Shown here: positions 59,355 through 64,000 of the stretch, in pieces | Layout of the letters: every line of letters begins with the position of its first letter | How positions within the stretch are numbered: position 1 is the first letter of the stretch | NCBI GenBank assembly: GCA_029258915.1 | Contig: JAPDJU010000005.1 | Location: 201,797 to 265,796, forward strand | Source: Thermoproteota archaeon | GTDB lineage: Archaea; Thermoproteota; Thermoprotei_A; EX4484-217-1 | DNA length: 64,000 bases | Direction of reading: 5' to 3' | Program-made: the position numbers and the translations under genes | The notes under the pieces: model-generated | Told to the model about the DNA's origin: nothing | The model's database searches: none | The model's input: only the letters and a program-made list of their open reading frames with translations

Positions 59355-60591
59355 TAGGAGTGATAAGCATTCTTTCGCCAGTAAACAGTTTTGCACCTAG
59401 AATCAAAAGCATCATGGTATAGAATACTAGTATTAGTAAATGTTTTACAGAGTAAAGTAATCCGTACTTTACGTACGTTGTTAATGCTAGTACACTATGA
59501 GTATAAGGTACTAAGTACAATATAGGCAGTAGTGTTGATGCTATTTTCTCAATATCTCCATAAAGACTTGCAAAAAGAACTAGCGCTAGCGCTGTAACCA
59601 CAGCTACAGAATTACTATGAGCTACTCTAATACTTCTAGACATAACAGATATAATTAATGTTATAGCAACGGTTACAGTAATCGTTAGGAAAACCGTTAC
59701 AGCGTATATGCTGATAAGACCTATACCTCCGGCAATGGTTATGGGGATCCCGGCTAGACCGCTAAATAGCATAAAATACATGAGAAAAACGCCTATAGTG
59801 TTCATTGCAGCTGCTGTTCCACTTAGCGTTAAACTTGCAACAAGTTTTCCAGTAAGGATCTCTAGTCTCGAAGCAGGAGTGACAAGTAATGCTTCCAATG
59901 TTCTTCTCTCCTTTTCGCCTGTGATGCTGTCTGCTACAAAAGATATTGCAGGGTGCATGCTGAAGTATAGTCCTAAAACCAAGATCATTAAGGTTAAGTA
60001 GAGGAATCTTTCTTCAGGTCTAGCTTTCCTACCTCCAGGACCAACCAATTCTAACCTGCTCTCTATAGGATTTAAGAACGATTCAATGTCTATGTTCGGT
60101 GCAAACCTTCTCACACGTTCCTTTACAATTAATGTCGAAAGAGCGTGTAAAGCACTACTTACAAAGTTTAATGCTTCACCAGATTTAGTAGAAGCTACAT
60201 TGAATTTCAGGATAACGGTACTTACTCCTTCTAAGCTACTGGAAATGTTATTACCAAAGCCTTTAGGTATAATGATAACAATGTCGATATTTAGGTTAGT
60301 TAATGCTTCTGCAGGATGAGTGTAGTTAGAAAATACATGATAGTTTCCGAAGTTTGATGCATTTTTCTTCAGTATGTCAAGTAGTTTCTTAGAATATTGG
60401 GAACGGTCTTGGTCTATGTACGCAATGTATACTGGCTGTGCGCGGAAAACATGGCCTATAAGCCCGCCTAAAGCAGGGTAAAATATTATGGGCATAATTA
60501 TTGTAGCTAATACTGTTCTTCTATCACGGATAAGATCCAGTAATTCCTTCCATAGGATGTTTTTGAATCTTCTAAAGTTCATGCTGAACAA
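59335..60591 (-). CDS. ABC-2 type transporter permease
   Basis: 418 aa with an N-terminal TM helix, a large loop and about 5 C-terminal TM helices. It overlaps the ATPase gene. Confidence 0.7.
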   Translation of the reverse strand: MFSMNFRRFKNILWKELLDLIRDRRTVLATIIMPIIFYPALGGLIGHVFRAQPVYIAYIDQDRSQYSKKLLDILKKNASNFGNYHVFSNYTHPAEALTNLNIDIVIIIPKGFGNNISSSLEGVSTVILKFNVASTKSGEALNFVSSALHALSTLIVKERVRRFAPNIDIESFLNPIESRLELVGPGGRKARPEERFLYLTLMILVLGLYFSMHPAISFVADSITGEKERRTLEALLVTPASRLEILTGKLVASLTLSGTAAAMNTIGVFLMYFMLFSGLAGIPITIAGGIGLISIYAVTVFLTITVTVAITLIISVMSRSIRVAHSNSVAVVTALALVLFASLYGDIEKIASTLLPILYLVPYTHSVLALTTYVKYGLLYSVKHLLILVFYTMMLLILGAKLFTGERMLITPTRKRIQ

Positions 60592-61315
60592 CTCTTATAA
60601 ATGCTTCTTCAAGGTTCTTAGCATTATATTTCTTCTTTAATGCATTAGGGCTTCCTTTGTCTAGAATCCTTCCTTTGCATATGAAAACAACTCTGCCACA
60701 TAAATATTCAACTTCAAGCATGTTATGTGAAGATAAAAATACAGTGCTTCCGGTTTCTTTTGCAAACATTTTAATTGCGTTTCTCACCTTAACTGAAGCA
60801 TATACGTCTAATCCCGCAGTTGGTTCGTCTAAAATGGCCAATTTCGGTTTAACCATTAAGGTACGGGCTAAAGCCAGTCTTCTTCTCATACCTTTGCTAA
60901 ACGTTTCAGCTTTATCATATATCCTATCTCCTAACCCTGAAAGCTTAATTCCAAACTTAACCATTTCCTCTACTTCCTTTTTCTCAGAAGAGTACATTCT
61001 TGCAAAAAACATCAAGTTCTCGTAGCCTGTAAGCCTCCTGTAAAGATCAGCTTCTTCAGGTAGGTAGCTTATAAGTTCTCTAACCTTATTAGCCTCCTTA
61101 ACTACGTTTAAGCCAAATACTCTTACATCTCCATAGCTAGGTTTAAGTATTGTAGCTAGGATTCTAAGGGTCGTAGTTTTACCACTACCATTAGGCCCTA
61201 TTAACCCGAAAATTTCTCCTTCTTTAACTGTAAAGGATATTCCTTTTAACGCTTCAAATGTTCCATAAAATTTTCCAAGATTAGTAACTTTTATCGCTTG
61301 CAGTTTCTCTCCCTC
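60572..61315 (-). CDS. ABC transporter ATP-binding protein (N-terminal start ambiguous or frameshifted)
   Basis: The frame is open up to the stop at 61316-61318. It carries Walker A GPNGSGKTT, the signature LSGGM-like FSKGMRRRL, Walker B LAILDEPT and an H-loop. The only upstream ATG (61323) is in another frame and stops after 10 codons. Confidence 0.8.
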   Translation of the reverse strand, partial: EGEKLQAIKVTNLGKFYGTFEALKGISFTVKEGEIFGLIGPNGSGKTTTLRILATILKPSYGDVRVFGLNVVKEANKVRELISYLPEEADLYRRLTGYENLMFFARMYSSEKKEVEEMVKFGIKLSGLGDRIYDKAETFSKGMRRRLALARTLMVKPKLAILDEPTAGLDVYASVKVRNAIKMFAKETGSTVFLSSHNMLEVEYLCGRVVFICKGRILDKGSPNALKKKYNAKNLEEAFIRVVQHEL

Positions 61316-61470
61316 TTAACCATAAAAATAGTTCCTTAGGGATATTTAAATGGTTGTCGAAAAATCGCAATAAGTATGGTTATGCAATGTAAAATTATGT
61401 TTATTAGGTGATTTAATATACATAAAATATTTATATGCCATGAATGTACTTTACCTTAGAGAGTGAGAAC

Positions 61471-64000
61471 ATGAGGAAAACATCATTTAAATTGCTGATT
61501 CCCGTTCTACTAGCTATGTTAGCAATAAGCTGCTTAGCTACCCTATCGCATACCGTAATAGTAGCTCAGGAAGTACCTAGAGGTCCTTGGGTTGATGAAG
61601 TAGTTTTCATAGAGGAAGGAGATCCTGACAAAATATTAGAAATGCTGAAGAACAATGAAATACAAATATACTTTGATGAAATAACGGATCCAGAGAAATA
61701 CCAGAGAATGTTAGACTATGGTTTAAAAGTATGGTTCTCGTATGCTCTATACTATGAACTAACATTTAACCCCGTAGGCCCAGTATTTAACACCACCGGT
61801 AAACTTAACCCATTTGCAGTTCCAAGAATAAGAGAAGCTATGAATTACCTTGTTGATAGAAACTACATAGCTAGCGAAATATTGGGAGGCTTAGCGATAC
61901 CTAGGTACGTAGCTATAACACCAAGCTTTCCTGACTATGCTAAGTATTACGATATAATCTATGAGATTGAAGAGGAATATAAATACAACTTTGATAAAGC
62001 TAAAGCAATAATATTCGAGGAAATGACTAAACTAGGTGCAGAGTATCGTGCAGCTGAAGGGAAATGGTATTACAATGGAGAACCTGTCGAAATAATATTT
62101 CTAATTAGAACAGAGGATGCAAGAAAACAGATTGGAGAGTATGTTGCTGAACAGCTAGAAAAACTAGGCTTTACTGTTGTACGTAAATATGGAACTAGCC
62201 GAGAATTAGCACCCTACTGGATATATGGAGACCCAGCAGAAGGTACATGGCACATATATACCGGCGGCTGGATAACAACAGTTGTATCTAGAGATGAAGC
62301 CGATAACTTTGGGTTCTTCTATACTAAACTAGGACTACCCGTGCCATTATGGCAATCATATGTTAATGCTCCAGAGTTCTACACTGCAGCTGAAAGATTA
62401 TGGACCAAAGCATTCACTACAATAGAAGAAAGAGACGAATTAATGAAGAAAGCTCTACGTCTCTCAATGAAGGAGTCTCAGAGAATATGGTTAGTAAACC
62501 TGATTGCACCATGGCCAAGAAGGCCTGAAATGGGGATCGCCGGTGACCTAGCTGGAGGCTATTCTGGATCATGGTTATGGTCTTGGACTTTAAGATATGA
62601 GGGGCAAGTTGGGGGAACGGTAAAAATTGCCATGCCCACAGTTATTGTAGAGCCATGGAACCCTGTTGGAGGTAGTGACTGGATATATGACATGACCGTA
62701 ATACGTGCGACAGGAGAAATACCTGCTATGCCTGATCCATATACTGGCCTATACTGGCCACACAGAATTAAGAAAGCTGAGGTCTATGTTGTTGAAGGAC
62801 TACCTGTTAAGAAGACGCTGGACTGGGTTGATTTAAATTTCGTATCTGAAATAACAGTGCCTCCTGATGCTTGGTATCGGTGGAACGCTGCAACTAAGAA
62901 AATAGAAACCGTTGGTGAAGAATTTCCAGAAGGAGTTAAAGCATTAGTTAAAGTTGTCGTATATTACGATGAAAAAATATTCACCGGCGAATACAAGTGG
63001 CATGATGGAAGCCCATTTGACATAGCTGACATAGTGTTTGACTTCATACTTACTCACGACAGAGCACAGCCAGAAAGCCCAGTATACGATGAATCATGGG
63101 TTCCTGAATATGAAGCATTTATGAAAACATTTAAAGGCTACAAGATAGTTAGCGAAGACCCATTAATAATTGAATATTACACGGACCTATGGTATATAGA
63201 TGCTGAATGGATAGCAGCAGGCGCAGCGGATACTTTCTGGCCATTCTACGCTTTCGGTGTAGCTCCATGGCATATGGTGGCTATTGGTTGGTTAGCTGAA
63301 GCTGAAGGTAAATTAGCTTTCACAGCGGACAAAGCTGACGCCATGAAGGTTGAAAGGACAAACTACATTGCAGGCCCATCATTAGACATACTTGCTGAAA
63401 TGCTTGGTAAAGCTATAGATGAAAAGTTTATACCATATAAGGAAGTTCTTGGAAAATACATTACCGAGGATGAAGCTTTAGAAAGATATAACAACCTTAA
63501 GAAATGGTGTGAGGAGAAAGGACACTTCTGGGTTGGTAATGGTCCATTCTATTTAGATAAAGTAGACGTCGTAGCCAAGCAACTAGTACTAAAAGCGTTT
63601 AGAGAACACATTGACACAGCCGATAAGTGGTTAATATTCTCAGAACCGCTAATACCTGAAGCAACTATTGAACCTATCGAGGTGGTTACACAAGGTTTAC
63701 CATCAGAATTCACTATAACAATAACACACAAAGGTGAGCCTTATAAGGTAGCCAATATGGAATATGTTAAATACATACTTGTCCATCCAGGAGGAAAAAT
63801 TATAGGTGAAGCAACTCCTGTAGCCGATGGGAAATGGAAGATTAGCTTATCTGAAGAAGAAACAGCAACATTATCGCCAGGTGCCGGCAAATTAATAGTA
63901 ATTGCTGTATCAAAGCTTGTTGGTAAACCCACAGTTACTGAGACAGCATTTACTATACGAAGCGTCGTAGGGTATGTAGGTGAAGAATTAGCTGCTGCTA
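61471..64000 (+). CDS. ABC transporter substrate-binding protein, family 5 (oligo/dipeptide-type), partial (3' end beyond window)
   Basis: ATG at 61471. It has an N-terminal signal/TM segment (LLIPVLLAMLAISCLA). The ORF of more than 840 aa is open to the window end. Confidence 0.7.
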   Translation, partial: MRKTSFKLLIPVLLAMLAISCLATLSHTVIVAQEVPRGPWVDEVVFIEEGDPDKILEMLKNNEIQIYFDEITDPEKYQRMLDYGLKVWFSYALYYELTFNPVGPVFNTTGKLNPFAVPRIREAMNYLVDRNYIASEILGGLAIPRYVAITPSFPDYAKYYDIIYEIEEEYKYNFDKAKAIIFEEMTKLGAEYRAAEGKWYYNGEPVEIIFLIRTEDARKQIGEYVAEQLEKLGFTVVRKYGTSRELAPYWIYGDPAEGTWHIYTGGWITTVVSRDEADNFGFFYTKLGLPVPLWQSYVNAPEFYTAAERLWTKAFTTIEERDELMKKALRLSMKESQRIWLVNLIAPWPRRPEMGIAGDLAGGYSGSWLWSWTLRYEGQVGGTVKIAMPTVIVEPWNPVGGSDWIYDMTVIRATGEIPAMPDPYTGLYWPHRIKKAEVYVVEGLPVKKTLDWVDLNFVSEITVPPDAWYRWNAATKKIETVGEEFPEGVKALVKVVVYYDEKIFTGEYKWHDGSPFDIADIVFDFILTHDRAQPESPVYDESWVPEYEAFMKTFKGYKIVSEDPLIIEYYTDLWYIDAEWIAAGAADTFWPFYAFGVAPWHMVAIGWLAEAEGKLAFTADKADAMKVERTNYIAGPSLDILAEMLGKAIDEKFIPYKEVLGKYITEDEALERYNNLKKWCEEKGHFWVGNGPFYLDKVDVVAKQLVLKAFREHIDTADKWLIFSEPLIPEATIEPIEVVTQGLPSEFTITITHKGEPYKVANMEYVKYILVHPGGKIIGEATPVADGKWKISLSEEETATLSPGAGKLIVIAVSKLVGKPTVTETAFTIRSVVGYVGEELAAA

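Noticed and set aside
1-64000. tRNA genes, rRNA genes and CRISPR arrays
   Set aside because: No GC-rich segment of about 75 nt with a GTTCRANYC T-loop motif and acceptor-stem complementarity was found. There are no rRNA-like long GC-rich tracts and no regularly spaced direct repeats.

Overview
This window reads as an AT-rich (~34% GC) crenarchaeal chromosome, most likely Sulfolobales-like. The evidence for that is the acetyl-CoA/propionyl-CoA carboxylase trio (accC-accB-pccB) next to a biotin ligase, two AdoMetDC paralogs, PriL, Hjc, a stomatin/NfeD pair and LeuS. Coding is dense on both strands, with about 75 CDS, many of them translationally coupled. TTG and GTG are used as start codons.

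The most notable features are listed here.
- A four-gene membrane/ATPase cluster at 2814-6636. It has a small 2-TM protein, a polytopic membrane protein, a second small 2-TM protein and a VirB4/HerA-like ATPase with a DEAW Walker B motif. This is the architecture of the crenarchaeal Ced DNA-import system.
- GC-rich non-coding islands in an AT-rich background at 6655-6735 and 26490-26800. They share an ordered motif set, which suggests unannotated structured RNAs.
- A C/D-box sRNA candidate at 46536-46596.
- A minimal 145-aa GGDEF-like domain protein with a degenerate GTEET signature, in a three-gene operon at 56538-58449.
- A nucleoside/MTA-salvage-like module at 9627-15894. It contains a PNP/UDP-family phosphorylase with no canonical start codon, two tandem eIF2B-family paralogs, a PfkB kinase and an MTA/SAH-deaminase-like amidohydrolase.
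- A dUTPase-family gene translationally coupled to a divergent HhH-GPD-like gene whose product has a 4-Cys Fe-S loop.
- Three radical-SAM genes, one with a C-terminal HhH.
- A remnant P-type ATPase fragment.
- An ABC ATPase whose N-terminus appears frameshifted in a homopolymer.

No tRNA, rRNA, CRISPR array, integrase or transposase was recognised.
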